Assembly (NCBI GenBank): GCA_964016885.1 | Contig: OZ024746.1 | Coordinates: 77,190,001 to 77,254,000, forward strand | From: Eledone cirrhosa | Lineage: Eukaryota | DNA: 64,000 bases | Reading direction: 5' to 3' | Shown: positions 11,428 to 25,645 of the stretch, piece after piece | How positions within the stretch are numbered: the first letter of the stretch is position 1 | Layout: every line of letters begins with the position of its first letter | Made by a program: the position numbers and the translations under genes | Notes under the pieces: model-generated | The model's database searches: none | Told to the model about the DNA's origin: nothing | Seen by the model: only the letters and a program-made list of their open reading frames with translations

Positions 11428-14223
11428 ATCAAATGTAGAAGGAAACTCAACATCCAATTTATATTAACAGGTGTGTAGCTGGTTGTTGTTTGTTCTCGGG
11501 CTCGCTAAATGCAGATTTCATTACGGCAAACCGTATCCATCATCATCATCATTATCTTGCTCTTTTCTTCTTCAGTCTCTTAAATTAGATTTTATAATAA
11601 ATTGTCACTTTGAGAATGTTGAATCTTTTGTAAACATTGTTTTTAGCCGACAGTATTTTTGTGCTAATATGCTCCTGTTGTGGTGTCATGCCAAAAGCTG
11701 GTTCTCAATTGAACTTTGTAATTATTTATTTCACAACGTGTCGACTCATTTCTTTTAATTATTTACGTCGAGAATTTAATTTAAAATTTTTATTTTATGC
11801 CAAGACATTTCTAATTTTAACTATATTTAAATTTCCACACAACTTTGTTAAAAAGGGGGAAAAACTACCATTTCCTGTAGCGTGTAATTTATTGTCTGTC
11901 TTTTCCCATTTTATTTTTCTTTGGTTAATTTCTATTGATTTGACTCTTTTGTAAATCCTATTCATTAAAGAAATTAGCAGATATTTTCTCAACCCCTTCG
12001 ATAATTTTTTTTTCTAAATTAAAAGCATGCGTTACATACTGAGTTGTATCCCGAACACAAATATACATGTGGACACTTGGCACCTGAAGATGATCGGAGA
12101 ATATATCGATCTATTGCTATTGGAACGATGTAAATAGACAAAGGATAATGTTAATAGCAAAATCGATGTTTCTTACTCGATATATTTCATTTTGTCCCAT
12201 AAAATTGTGACGATTCTGATGTATCACACACACTATATATATATATTGTTTGACTACATTCAGCATAAGATTGTTCTGTAAAATGCTAAGCAACTTTGTA
12301 TATGTAAAAAATATTTAACATTTAAATTATTCTTCTTATATTTAAAAATGATCGTACCCTATTAGTTAAAAGACGCCGACTTTTTAATCGTCCCACTATT
12401 GTAAGAAATTAAAATTTTTAATGTATCATGTCGAATAGTAATTAAAGTTACAATTATTAAGATATACGAATTGTTATAATTAGGAATTTTAGTGACCTCT
12501 CTAAAATGTATTTAAGTTGAATTGATGTTCATTATATTACAGTCAGCGTGGACGCTGCATAGTTAAGTTAGCTTTGCAATCATTTGGCCCTGGGTTCGAT
12601 TTCACTTCTTAAGCACGTACGTGTCATCTACCGTAGCTTTGGGCCGACCCAAACCTTATGAATGGATTTGGGGTAGAAGGAAACTGTTTGGGAGTCCATC
12701 GGATGGACTGTACCCATAATTCAAAAGGCCCGCCCATTTTGTCATGCTGAATCTCACAAAAAATTACAGTAAGAGTACACGTGCCATTTGCACGTTAGTT
12801 TCACGGGCAGGCTGTAAAGTAGATCGAACGAGTGGAACACTCATCATCAAAACCAACGGATGTCCAGTACAGTCGTTTGTTTGACTTCTTGACCCTTACC
12901 ACACATTCGCTTTCTGTTTTGGGTCAATATCGGTTTTAATTTGAAAACATTGAAAGCTAAGTTTAAAAATATAATTGTTGCAGCATAACACATTAGAAAA
13001 GAGACTTTTTATTGTATAAACCAATAGAATAACAATGAATATGAACAAATCAACAGAAATTAATCAGAAAAAATAACAAAAAAAGGGTGCAAGAACATAT
13101 GTAAGCAGGCATTAAACAATGATGAGGAGATTCGTCTTATCTTGTCAAGGACATGACAATCTCTGACATGATAAAATGCATCGAGTACACAATATAAGGT
13201 GGTTGCTGTTAGAAAGGGGGTCCACTTGTAGTAACCTTGTTGCAGAAGTGCTTCCAACACTAAATAATTTTACCCTGCAGAAACATTGTAGAATGTTAGA
13301 ATCATTATTGTCGTCAGTTTATATCTGTGTTCCACATTAGCATGGGTTTGGATATATGATCTTTATCTTGACAACGTCTCTGACCCATCTAGGAAGTCAG
13401 TGACTCCAAATAAGAACTGAATTGGACTTTGATGACGTGTCCAACCCATGCAGGTATGTAAAGCGGATATAAAATGATTATGATGTCTCTCTTTGTCTTA
13501 TACTTCCAGTTTGTGACACTTGTTTGTCAACATGTTTGTTCACATTTACCTACCTATACTAGTACAGTTATTTGTTCCACACACAACTCCATTCCTGAGT
13601 CTCTTTTACTTATCACCTGTACTATTCATTTAAGAATATGTAGTTCGTAAAGTGGATCTGAACCCCACAGTCTTTGGACCTCTTTTTCAAAAGAAATAGA
13701 GTGTGGTGCTGGCAATGAGAGGTGCTTTGTATGATTTCAGTTACCTTTTAGAAGTACAGATTGTAGATATGTGGTGATATTGTAACAGTTTAGACACTTA
13801 ACATTTTGAAAGCAATGTATTTGTGTGCAGTAGCTCTTATCTTTCTTTACATTTCTGTTAGCATTGATCATAGATTCTCACCTGGTTCCAACCTGTTCTG
13901 TCTCTCTCTTTCTTCCTGAAACTCTGATAAGCTAGTTATATGATTGAGAGGAAACACATGTCGAAACAGTGTGTAATGTTACAGCTAAGGATTGAATAAA
14001 CCAAACTTTTATTGACTCTTCACTTTGTAATGTGATAAAGATTGTTATCTTGATGCAGCAAAGCTGTACATTTTAATTACTTACATAGTCATTAGTAATT
14101 ACCTACAAAATTTGTTGTTGTTGTAATTGTCTTTGGTAATTGGAACAATAATCTTAACTGTTTTCAGTTCCACAACCATAAACAGCATCACAACCACCAC
14201 AATCATAATCATTATCATTATTA

Positions 14224-14410
14224 GTGGATTGGCAGTATCGGTAGATCGTCAGACACAATGCTTTGCAGCATAGTTATGGCCCTTTAAGTTCTGAGTTCAA
14301 ATCCCGCTGAGGTTAACTTTGCCTTTCATCCTTACAGGGTTGATAAAATAAAACACCAGTAATGCACTGGGGTAATTGCTGGCCTTGTGCCCAAAGTAGG
14401 AACAATTATT
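14224..14410 (+). mobile_element. SINE family 1 copy
   Basis: A/B boxes and core. Confidence 0.85.
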
Positions 14411-14414
14411 ACAC

Positions 14415-14790
14415 TCATCCCCATCATTAGCACCACTACCACCATTGTTATCCTCATCATCACTGCCTGCATCATTACCATCATCACCAACATCATTAGT
14501 ACCACCACCACCACCACCATTATTGTTATCCTCATCATTACCATCATCACCAACATCATTAGCACCACCACCACCACCATTATTGTTATCCTCATCATTA
14601 TCATCATCACCAACATCATTATCACCATCACCAACATCATTAGCACCACCACCACCACCATTATTGTTATCATCATCATTATCATCATCACCAACATCAT
14701 TATCACCATCATCATTAGCACCACCACCACCACCATTATTGTTATCATCATCATTAGCACCATCACTATAATCTCCATCGTAATTATCAT
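14415..14790. repeat. (CAT/CAC)n compound repeat with roughly 60-75 bp higher-order units
   Basis: Directly visible. Confidence 0.9.
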
Positions 14791-15207
14791 TCTCACATCA
14801 TTATCACCATTGTCGTGTTTACTATTACCATTCTCACATCATTATCACCATTGTCCTGTTTACTATTACCATTCTCACATCATTATCACCATTGTCGTGT
14901 TTACTATTACCATTCTCACATCATTATCACCATTGTCGTGTTTACTATTACCATTCTCACATTATTATCACCATTGTCGTGTTTACTATTACCATTCTCA
15001 CATCATTATCACCATTGTCGTGTTTACTATTACCATTCTCACATCATTATCACCATTGTCGTGTTTACTATTACCATTCTCACATCATTATCACCATTGT
15101 CGTGTTTACTATTACCATTCTCACATCATTATCACCATTGTCGTGTTTACTATTACCATTCTCACATCATTATCACCATTGTCGTGTTTACTATTACCAT
15201 TCTCATA
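14788..15207. repeat. 41-bp minisatellite, about 10 copies
   Basis: Unit CCATTCTCACATCATTATCACCATTGTCGTGTTTACTATTA. Confidence 0.95.
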
Positions 15208-16957
15208 ATCTATTTTTCCATATTGACAGTAGTTAAACTGAACAATAGAGGAAATGAGCCATCTGATGACTTATTATTTTTTTATGGGGTGGGGCTGTTT
15301 TCTCTTTCTTAACCTTTTTATTACCGTATTTCTAATGAAAGACATTGCCTATGATTTTCAAATGATCAAGAATTTTGAGATATTTAGCAATATAACTAAC
15401 TTAACTCTTTAGCATTTCAACCGGCCATATCCGGTCAGAATTCTCTCACATCTTTCTGTTCAAACTGGCCGTAACTGGCTGCTCATACTGACGTTAAGGT
15501 ATTGTTCTCAAAATAAGTAGCATCAAAATTTCATAGATTCGGTATTATGTGAAATAATTATGTAAGATAAGCCTTTACCACAAAAATGCAATAGTATATA
15601 TGTAAATGCTAAAGGGTTAATCATTATCAAGCTGGAATGTTTCTAGATTAATGTAAACATGATGATGATCATCATTTAAGATCCACTTTCCTTGCTGCTC
15701 CTCCCCCAGCAGACTGGGCTGTCCTGGCCTCTTGTCAGAAGCAATTGGCCTAAAAATGCAACATAAACATTCTCAAATACCACTTCATGATGTTTCATAC
15801 TCTTCTGTAAGTGGAAATGACATCTGTTCTCTCTCCCCACCACCTTTAAAAAAAAGACTTATGTCCTGATGGAGTCATAGGAGCACTGTGACTCATAGCG
15901 TGTCTTGGACATTTAAACATGACAGATCTCATCCCTTTCCACAGAAAGGGAGGGAATGTCTTCATAGATTTTGATGTGGTTCTCCTTTTTCCTATAATCT
16001 GTGGATATAGTGACCGAGTTATGTCAGGAGACCTGTTTCTCTTTTCTGTCCTCAAACTGAACAACACTGCTTTTCATGTAACCTATTTTTCCCTTTTCTG
16101 TATTTGATGAAGGACCACTGTCCAAAACATGGAATTCTCTATTCCTTCCTCACATTATAATACTGCACTCCATATTTTTGTTTGTTCCATTACTATATTA
16201 ACATAGACCACTTGGATTACAACTGGATTTAAATGGGAAAGAAATTAACCGATTGTCAGATCAGGTCCAGGAAATGATGGTTCCATTAGTCTTTCCATTG
16301 CTGATATTATTCTTCCAGTCACAACTGCTGCCAGAATGGAGTGGAATTTGAACTCAGAATGCACAGAGCTGGATTAGATACTACAAAACATCCCATCCAG
16401 CTCTTTAACAAATCCACCAACCCACTGCCCCTGGACTAGTCTTCCATTTATCAACCCAGAATTGATAAAAAGCAAAATTAATCATGGTGGGATTTGAACT
16501 CAGAGTGTAATGTATAGGAGCAATTACTGAGATATTTAACCTGACATCCTCACCTTTCTGTTAATTCACTGCCAATTGGATTTATATAGTAAAATAGATA
16601 AATAAAATGGAAAATAATATTAATTATCTTCCTTAGCACTGTTTCATAGCATCTGCTCATTGCCTTAGGTTTGTTCTTTATGAGCAAATAATCTATATAA
16701 TTGATCTTCATGATCTTCAGCTTTTAATCATCTTGGATAATATACATGCATACAGAGCTATATATATATATATAACCAAAGATTAATATGGTTCGTTGAT
16801 TATTTAACGAATACAATTTTACAATGCACTCGACAACATTTTCCTGGAGTATTTAATATTATTCAAAATGAAAAATATTCTTATAATCAAAATGGTGTTT
16901 AAGTACGTTTTCATTAGATAAAATATAAAATTTGATATGCGACATATCGCAGATATA

Positions 16958-16991
<34 letters not shown>

Positions 16992-18236
16992 ATTGACTAA
17001 ATAAAATAGTCTATAACAGGGCATATAAACCCATTGAACAGAAAAAGATGAGCATCAAAGACACAAGAACCTCTCTATTATTGGTAATCTACACGAGAAA
17101 GGCACCCAGTCCATGCTGTAAAGTGCTTGGTGATAGGAAGGGCATTCAGCTGTAGAAAGCTTGCCAAATAAAGGGTTGGGAGGACCCTTCAGTTGTGTCA
17201 AGGACATGACAACCTCCTTAGTGTTGGTGCTCTACACAATAAACACACCCAGTACATGCTGTGAAGGGCATCATTTTGTAGAAATCTTGCCAAACAGGTG
17301 ATTGGGAGGGCCCTTCAGTTTGTGTCAAAAGACATAAAAACCACTCTCGCACACTCAATAGAACAGATGGTCATACATAAGCGAGATGCAGAGCCTTTCG
17401 CCTGACTTTGTCAGTAGTAACCTACATATGTGTGGGCTGTAGCAGCAAAGTGTATACAGTCTCATAACTTTATGGAAATTATTTATTTCCCTCTAAATAG
17501 ATTCAGCTGCCCCAAAAGAATAATGAAAACAAATTTCAATCTAAATTTTTTTGTACTTTAAACACTACAAATATACACTAGTGAGGAATAGATTGTGGAA
17601 ATGGTTTTCTGTATATATTTGGAGAGGAAAGTCCATATCTGGACAGAAATAACTCTTATGCACTATTGATAATATATGTATGTATACTAAAAGAATACGG
17701 GTATTCATTGGAGAGAAAATGTAAAACAGTTTGACAGAAAGATTGTGGGCTGAACAGATATGCTTTGTTTTATATTTCCTATGTATACCCCCCTCCCCCC
17801 ACTCACACATATATGGTGCAACAAGGAGCATGTCAGCAGACGCTTGACCTGCTAGTAATGGCAACTAAACCTCATTCAAATCATACCCTATTGTCTTCAA
17901 AACAAAGGAAGGAGACATTAGGTAATGTAGTCCTAGGTATATATAAATAAATAAATAAAACTAGGAAAAAAAATGCACCTTTGAGCAATGGACATATGCT
18001 TCACCAGTAAAGTATGGGGTCAACGTAATCAACTTTTACCTGCCCACAAACTGCTGGCCTTGTGCCTAAACTAGAAACTACTACAGGTATGCTTGATCAG
18101 GGCTGACCTGGGGCTAAACAACAACATAGATTTACACTTTGTAAATATAGAAGATATGAGCAAGACATGGCTCATTGACCCATCTACTTTTCGACCATGG
18201 TAGTCTGTCCAACATTGAAAACAGATGTAAAATGAT

Positions 18237-18423
18237 AATTGTTTCTACTTTTGGCACAAGGCCAGCAATTATCTCAGTGTATTACTGGTACTTTATTTTA
18301 TTGACCCCCGTAAGGATGAAAGGCAAAGTTAACCTTGGCGGGATTTGAACTCAGTCCGTAAAGGGACGTAACTGTGCTGCAGAGCATGGCGTCCGACTCT
18401 CTACCGATACTGCCAATCCACCG
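18237..18423 (-). mobile_element. SINE family 1 copy, antisense
   Basis: Reverse complement of 5791-5973. Confidence 0.85.
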
Positions 18424-18525
18424 CCCTCAGATGTAAAATGATAATGGTATATATGTGTGTGTAGTCTTTTATTGGTTCCAGTCATTGAATTGGTGTCATG
18501 CAGACTTTGGTTTATACTTGATATT

Positions 18526-18745
18526 TAACCCTTTCGTTACTATATTTTTAATGAAAGAGACTGCCTATGGTCTTTTTAATTAATTTTGAAAATAATCAAG
18601 AATTTTGGAGGGATTTATTAAGCTGGAGTATAACTTAAAGGTTCTTACATAAAATTATGATGGAAGGTTTTCAGATAAATATAACACTTAAAAAGGTTTT
18701 GTATCATAGAACCAGGATCAGTTTCAGGTGGTTTAGCATTGAAAT
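18526..18745. mobile_element. piggyBac-type MITE family B. Degenerate copies at about 6150-6222, 35570-36300, 47480-47890, 50840-51101, 51540-51785, 55650-55817
   Basis: TTAACCCTTTCGTTAC / GTAAYGAAAGGGTTAA ends. Recurrent body GGTTCTTACATAAAATTATGATGGAAGG. Confidence 0.65.
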
Positions 18746-21700
18746 AGAAGGCAACAAGGGTGTGTTTCATTGTTTTGTTACAATATTTTTCAGAAAAGAC
18801 AGTGCCTTTAAAATTCAAATCATTTTGAAGATAATCAAGAATTTGGAGGGACTTAATAATACAACTAACTTTCTTATTATTTAGCTGGTGTTTTGGTACA
18901 CTAGAATATTTTCCATACGTTGACGCATATGTGTGTGTGTATGTGTATGAATATATAAATGTAAACGTGCAAACACAGACACACTTACAAAAATACACAT
19001 ACACACAGCATAGTTTTTTCACCATCCCCTTCCTTTTACACACACATACATTCACGCAAGCAGCATACGTAAAGAGAGAGGAGTAGTATAAGGTAGTCAA
19101 ACTACTCCTCTCTTTTTACATGTTGTGACAGAATCGCAGAAATTTATATATAGATAGCTTCACCAAGTTCTTACATATGATGGAAGGTTTTTAGATAGAT
19201 AAATATATATACTCTTTAAAGAGCTTTGAATTGTAGCACCAGGGGTGGTTTCAGGTGGTTTGGTAATAAAAAAGTTAACAAGTCACAACTTTGCCTAAAT
19301 GAAAAATTTCAGATCTTGCAGCATCCTGTGGTATCTCTGTACATTCATCCCACTCCACATAGCAAGGTGTTCTGAAAAGTAGTTGTAATCCACTAATTGT
19401 TACCCAATCTAGCTACGACAGTTGGATCTAATTTTGATGAAAGTGTTAGTCTCAATATTTACAAGAACTCTATGTGGTGTTAGAAAGGGAGTGACGGTAG
19501 AAATAAATAGGATTAAGATCTTTATGGTTTACTGACAGTAAGCCAGCCCAATTCTTCAAGCTGTCATACAAAATCTATTTACTTGACATGTAGACAAGTT
19601 CTGTTACCATGATAAAGTAATTAGTTGTTATGGCTGTAATGTCACAGTGGCCTAAATTTGTCGTGATTCAAAATAGTTTAAAAAATATCACACTTAGTTA
19701 GCAACAAAAGATTTCTTTTTCAATTGCTTTACACAAGTGGGTTTGTATGATGGATCTGCCTGAAGTTTGATGGCATGCAGCTTTAAAAGACAGTGGAGGC
19801 ATGTGGCCTAATGATTAGAGTGTTCAACTCACATTCATAAGGTCATGGGTTCGATTGCTGGACTGGACGACACATTGTGTTATTGAGCAACATTTCACAT
19901 TGTTTTTCATGGTAGCACTAGGGTTCATATCCTTAAAACTCTTAGTATCTTGTAATGATTTAGCAGAAAATATCTAAAAATGAATTTGGGTTAACCTCGC
20001 AGTGGATTGGCATTATGTCCAGGGATGAGTTTTGTACTTTCAGTAGCTTTAATACCAATGAAAATGGGGTAAGCTTCCAGGCTAGGGACAGACTTTAACT
20101 TAATGAACTCATAATTAGTGATTCAGTCAACTTTATTACAACAAGCACATTGAAGGTAATGCTTTGATGTCCTGAATTATCTCCCACACTTGCTGGAAAA
20201 AAAAATGAAAATAATGTTAGTCATAAAATAATGTACACACTGCATATTTATTTCTAGTTGGCTTTTTAATGCCTCATGCATGAAATATTTTGACACTAAC
20301 TTACCTATTATTTTGATTAAGGTGTAGGGTGCATACAAAGGATATATTTAAAATTTCATAGATTACCTGAGCGAAAGCAGTGAAATTTGTTTAAAGCTGA
20401 CACATAGGAACATTATGTCGCCAGCAAGCAGGCAGTTATTAGCTCATTGAAGTAAAAAAGCCTTTTAAGAATCATGTACAACCATTCCTCACATTATCAG
20501 GTTCCATTCCACCAACCTGATAAAGTGAATCAGTTGGTAAACTAACTCCTCATTTAACAACCACGTTCTTTTTCAATAACCTTGTAAAGCAAATCGGTCA
20601 GTCAATGCAATCCCCATTTAAGCCTTTAGCTTTTACATTGCTCTATATTTACTATTGTATTTTTGTGGTAAAGGCTTTATCTTACAAAATTATCTCACAT
20701 AATATCAAATCTACGAGATTTTGATGTTATTTATTTTGAGAACAATACTTTAACCCTTTAGCATTTAAATCAGCCATATCCAGCCAGAATTCTCTCACCT
20801 CTTTCTGTTCAAACTGGCCATAACTGGCCACTTATATGTGCAAATTTTCACAGCAATCTGTCCACATCTGAAGATTTTATAAACACTTGAATTAAACCAC
20901 ACATCCATGACTGCATTCAAAGCAATTCTCTATCTCATGTAAAAAAAAAAAGAGTAAAGGGCCCTTAACTCTTGATGGAGTCATTGGGACACCAGTTTTG
21001 TATACAGTATATTTTGGGCATTTCAAGCCTGCTAGAGACATCTCTTCAGATTGGAATACAACCAATTTCTTTGAGAGGTAAAAAAAGAAAGAGAGGAAGA
21101 AAGAACCAACTCTAGTACAGGAGTGGTACTTTATTTATTGTCCTTGAAGGGAAGAAAGGCAAAGCTGACTTCGGCCAGATTTGAATTTTCTGCTTTCTAT
21201 CTCATGTAGTAAGCTGTAATTTATCCATGAGCAAAGGAAATTGCATAAAAAATATTTTAAATATCATTTTATACACAAAAGGTTTGTTAGATCGAACCTT
21301 TTTTTCTGACTGACATTTAAGTGTTTACATGACTTGAGTCTAATTATTTTAAATTGGTACCACTCCTTGCATTATATTGTGTTATGGGGTGGTGAGGGAG
21401 GGGAAAGAAGTTAGAATTAAGAGCTATTTAATCTGCTCTATGTTGCCATAACCATAAGTTGTGTAGGTGGCTACATTAAACTAATATGTATATATATGTG
21501 CTTGTGTGTGTGTGTTTGTATGTATATGTGCCTCTGTGTGTGTGTATATATATATATGTTTATATATACACATTTGTATATATATATATGTGTGTGTGTG
21601 TGTGTATGTATATTATATGTATTTATATATAGATGCAGGCATGTATGTGTAGATAAGGAGTTTGCTTTGCAATCTAGTGGTTCTGAGTTCAGTTCTGCTG

Positions 21701-22735
21701 AGTAGCACTTTGGTCAAATGACCACTACATACCTTCAGGTTGATCAATGCCTTGTGAGTGTAATTTGGTTGATGGAAACTGTGTGAAAACCTGTTATATA
21801 TATATATATATATATATATTTATACGCGTGTGTCCGTTTGTGTTTATGTCCTGTAATTTAATTTGACAAAGAAGGGAAAAAAAACCCAAAACAATTAATA
21901 GCATAGGTTTTAGACTTTGAAAATAAAAATACTAGTCTTTATATGATGAACTAAATCCAGACAGTGATCTAGCATGGCAGCAGTCTGATGACTGAGACAA
22001 GAAAAAGAGTATACACACACACACACACACTAACTCTTTTTACATCATTTTCTTTGAACAGAGTAGTTTTTGCAATCCTCAACATATTAATATTAATTGG
22101 AGCGAATCCTTTTATAATTGGATGCACTTCTTCCCATTTAGCATTTAGTTAAAGTAGCAAAGCTCTGTTGTCAGTCAAGCATTAACCCTTTCATTACCAA
22201 CACATTCAAAACTGGTTCTGATTCTATGAAACAAAACCACCCATTTTAAATGATACTTATTTAAATTTAAAATCTTCCAACATAATTTCATATATGAGCC
22301 ATATATTTTAATCCTTTAGCATATACATTACTCTATATTTACTATTGTATTTTCATGGTATAGGCTTTATTTTACATAATTATCTCACATAATATCGAAT
22401 CTATGAGATTTTGATGTTATTTATTTTGAGAATAACACCTTAACATCAGCATGAATGGCTGGTTTGAACAGAAAGATGTGAGAGAATTCTGGCCATATAC
22501 GCTTTAAACTTAAATATGAATACTTTAAAACAAAAACAGCTTTGTATCATAAAACTAGGAGTGGTTTCAAGCAGTTTGATATTGTGTGTCAAAATACCCA
22601 AGAAACCTGAGATATAATTGTGTAGGAAACCAGCTAAAGCTCCATAGGTAGAGATGAGCTGTAAATTTTATTTCATTTTTTAAAATTAATGTATGTGCTT
22701 TTAAGTAAACTCTATTTTCCTTTTTCACATTTCAG

Positions 22736-22834
22736 GGCAGCTTTGGATGCTATACGTAGACTTGATGATCTCCTCCTGCAAAAACGTGCCTACAGAAATG
22801 TATTTACACAAGATGCTGTTGGCTTACGAAACAA
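22736..22834 (+). CDS. SMG5: SMG5 exon 2 (AALDAIRRLDDLLLQKRAYRNVFTQDAVGLRNK)
   Basis: Polypyrimidine tract plus cag| acceptor, AA|gtagg donor, 99 nt. Matches the SMG5 N-terminal helices. Confidence 0.93.
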
Positions 22835-22947
22835 GTAGGAAGCTTTGTTACTATACTTTCTAATAACTATGATTTTTTTAATATGCTGACGTGTATGCGT
22901 ATATGTTGTGTGTGCATGTATGTGCATATGCATTTATATGTATGAGT

Positions 22948-23900
22948 ATCATCATCATCATCATCACCGTTTTACGTCCGTTCTTCCACGCTAGCATGGG
23001 TTAGACGGGTTGTCCTGTTGTGGGCAGTGTCTGGTCAGCTGACCATGCCTTGCTCATACAGGAACTGATTTGGCTTGAATTCTACAGCTGGATGCCCTTC
23101 CTAACACCAACCTCATTTACAGTGAGTGCTGGGTGCTTTTTCGTGGCGCCTACACGTTCACTTTACAGTGTGGGCTGGGTGCTTTTTTGCCGTGGCACCT
23201 CCACGACCACCTTGCAGTGGGAGGGTGTGGGGGCATATTGTCTATATGCTTCAGCTTGTACCCATGGGCGATCGGGTACTCTGTATTACTGCGTGACGCC
23301 AGAAGTCACGGTCGTGTGTCATCGCCTTTGAGAGGTGTAATTGGGTAAGGTGGGCTTTTATCACCTCATCCCAGGTCATCTTGGGTCTCCCCACTCCGCG
23401 GTTTCCATCGACTTCTAGTGCTCTGCACCTTTTTATGCAGCTGTCATCCTTCATACGCATCACATGTCCATACCAACGCAACCGCCTCTCCTGCACACAG
23501 CATTTGATTCCTCTTATGCTCAGTCTCTCTCTCAATTCATTTATGCTTTGTCGTTCGCGTATATTACTGTTACACATCCATCGGAGCATGCAGGCTTCGT
23601 TTCTCTCTAATCTACGTAAGTCTTCCACCTTCAGCGCCCAGGTCTCACTACCATGTAACATTGCTGTTCAGATACATCATACAGTCTGCCTTTCATTTTG
23701 AGGGAGAAGCCTTTTGCAGCTAGCAGTGGTAGTAGTTTCCTGAACTTCTTCCATCTCGTTCTTATCCTAGTTATTGTACTTTCTGAACACCCACCTCCGC
23801 TGCTAATTCGGTCACCTAGGTAGCAGAAGCTGTCTACTGTCTCTACAGAGCCCTCCCAGAGATTGGTGGTACTTGTTTCCTGTGGCTGTTTGCTGCTTGC
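22948..23900 (-). mobile_element. RTE-clade LINE, 5'-truncated
   Basis: FCYLG, MLHGSETW, RRLRWYGHVMR and GRPKMTW motifs. 3' UTR with AGGAAGGGCATCC core and (GAT)n tail. Confidence 0.9.
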
Positions 23901-24490
23901 TGTCTCAGATAAATATTAACATGCAAACACAGTCACAGACATACATTCACACAAACACTCACACAAAGCGTAGCAAATGGAATGCCAACTGCTGTTTTGC
24001 TATACTTTTTTTTACCATTCCCTTCCTTCCTTTTACACACACATACATTTGCACAAACACATACATTGTGTGACGGATGGACGGAAGTCGCTCAAATTTA
24101 TATATAGATATCCATATTTTGACTACTGTATTTTTGCATTATATGGATCTGTAACTCCTGTAGGAGCCATAGGTGTGGTGAAGTGACATACAGCATGCCG
24201 TGGGCATTTTTAACCTTGGCGGAGCCCATCCCTCTCCAGGTCTGACCACAGCCAGTTTCTTCCCAAGGACAGAGCGTGAGAGGAAGTTGGAAAGAGATTT
24301 AGAGGAAGAATTGACCCTAGTACAAGACAGGTACTTGTACTAGGGTATCGACCACGAAAGGATGAAAGGCAAAGTTGACCTCAACGGGATTTTAACTCAG
24401 TGAGCAGCGAGCCGGAATGAATAACACAAGGCATTCTATCTGATGTCCTAAAGACTCTACCAATTCAGCACCTTATCAACTACTACCTAT

Positions 24491-25645
24491 CTATCTAGGG
24501 TAGGTAAAATTTCTGTGATCCATGGACGAGTTCTCTCCAGCAGTCTCTGTCCCTCATTATCGCTGCCATGTCCTGCGTCTCCAAGAGACCAGTGTCTGTC
24601 CTTAGGGCATCAACATATGTCAACCTCGGTCTTCCTCTTCCAGTGTGCCCATGCAGGGGCTCCCACAGGAGCACTGAGTGCAGTGTCAACTCTGGATGTC
24701 GGTGAGTATGTCCAGCTAACCTCAGTCTCCTCTGTGTCACTTTTGAGCTGACTTTTGGGAGGCTCCCATACAGCTCTGAGTTTTTCATCCTCAGTGTATA
24801 CTGATTAATGTTCAGAGCCATCCTCAGCATTCTCGTGTAGCACCCATCCACCACCTGAGTGAGTTTCTTGGTCAGTGTCCAAGTCTCAGACCCGTACAGC
24901 AACACAGACTCAGCTACAGCAACGAAGAGGCGCATCTTCAGGTCTTTACGAAGGTCCGACCTCCACACCGATCTCAAGCTGTGGCACACCGCCCAGGCTT
25001 TGCTCTTCCTCTTGACCACATCATCTTCCGTATACCCAATCTTTGCTCCCAAATACAGGAAGTCCTCAACCAATTCTAGCGGCTTCCCGCCTACATTAGT
25101 AATTTTCTCTGGCTTCTCAACATTCTCTACCAGATATTTCATTTTAATCCCATTCATTCTCAGCCCCACACTCATCGACATAGTCTCCACCTCCTGCATC
25201 AAATCCTCTGCCTCCTTCACTGTGTTTGTCACTAAAACTATGTCGTCAGCAAATTCAGTATCCGATATCTTTTTCGCCTTAACTCTCCTGCTCTGAGCTG
25301 GTGTTACAGTAAAGCCAGAGTCCTGTTGTTTCTCCAACAAGGTGCAAACAATAGTCCACTGCGATGATAAAAAGGTAGGGAGTCAATGTATTTCCGTGGA
25401 GCACTCCAGCCAGTATCTCAAAGAACTCTGTCATCCCATCAGGTGTAATGACTTGGGCTTTGCTGAGGAGGATATTAGAGGGAGCTAGAGCAAAGTGCCT
25501 TCCTGCAGTCATGGTTTTCATTGACTTTAGGAAGGCCTTTGATTCTGTGAACCGTCACTGCCTGATGATCTTACAGGCTTATGGAATCCCCAAGAAGATA
25601 GTGGACCTGATATCACTGCTCTACACCAACACCAAAGCCCAAGTC
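24491..25645 (-). mobile_element. RTE-clade LINE with an inverted 5' segment and a 12-bp TSD
   Basis: FADD, FLYLG, YGSETW and RLRLAGH motifs on minus. The IDFRKAFDSV segment is on plus at about 25463-25646. ACTACTACCTAT at 24479 and 25646. Confidence 0.9.

Noticed and set aside
13920-14000. Hammerhead-like CTGATAAG...CGAAAC...AATAAA (similar weak cases near 11190 and 12085)
   Set aside because: The stems cannot be drawn convincingly. Too degenerate to call.
14332-15312. His/Ile/Thr/Met-rich ORFs
   Set aside because: Translations of (CAT/CAC)n and the 41-bp minisatellite.
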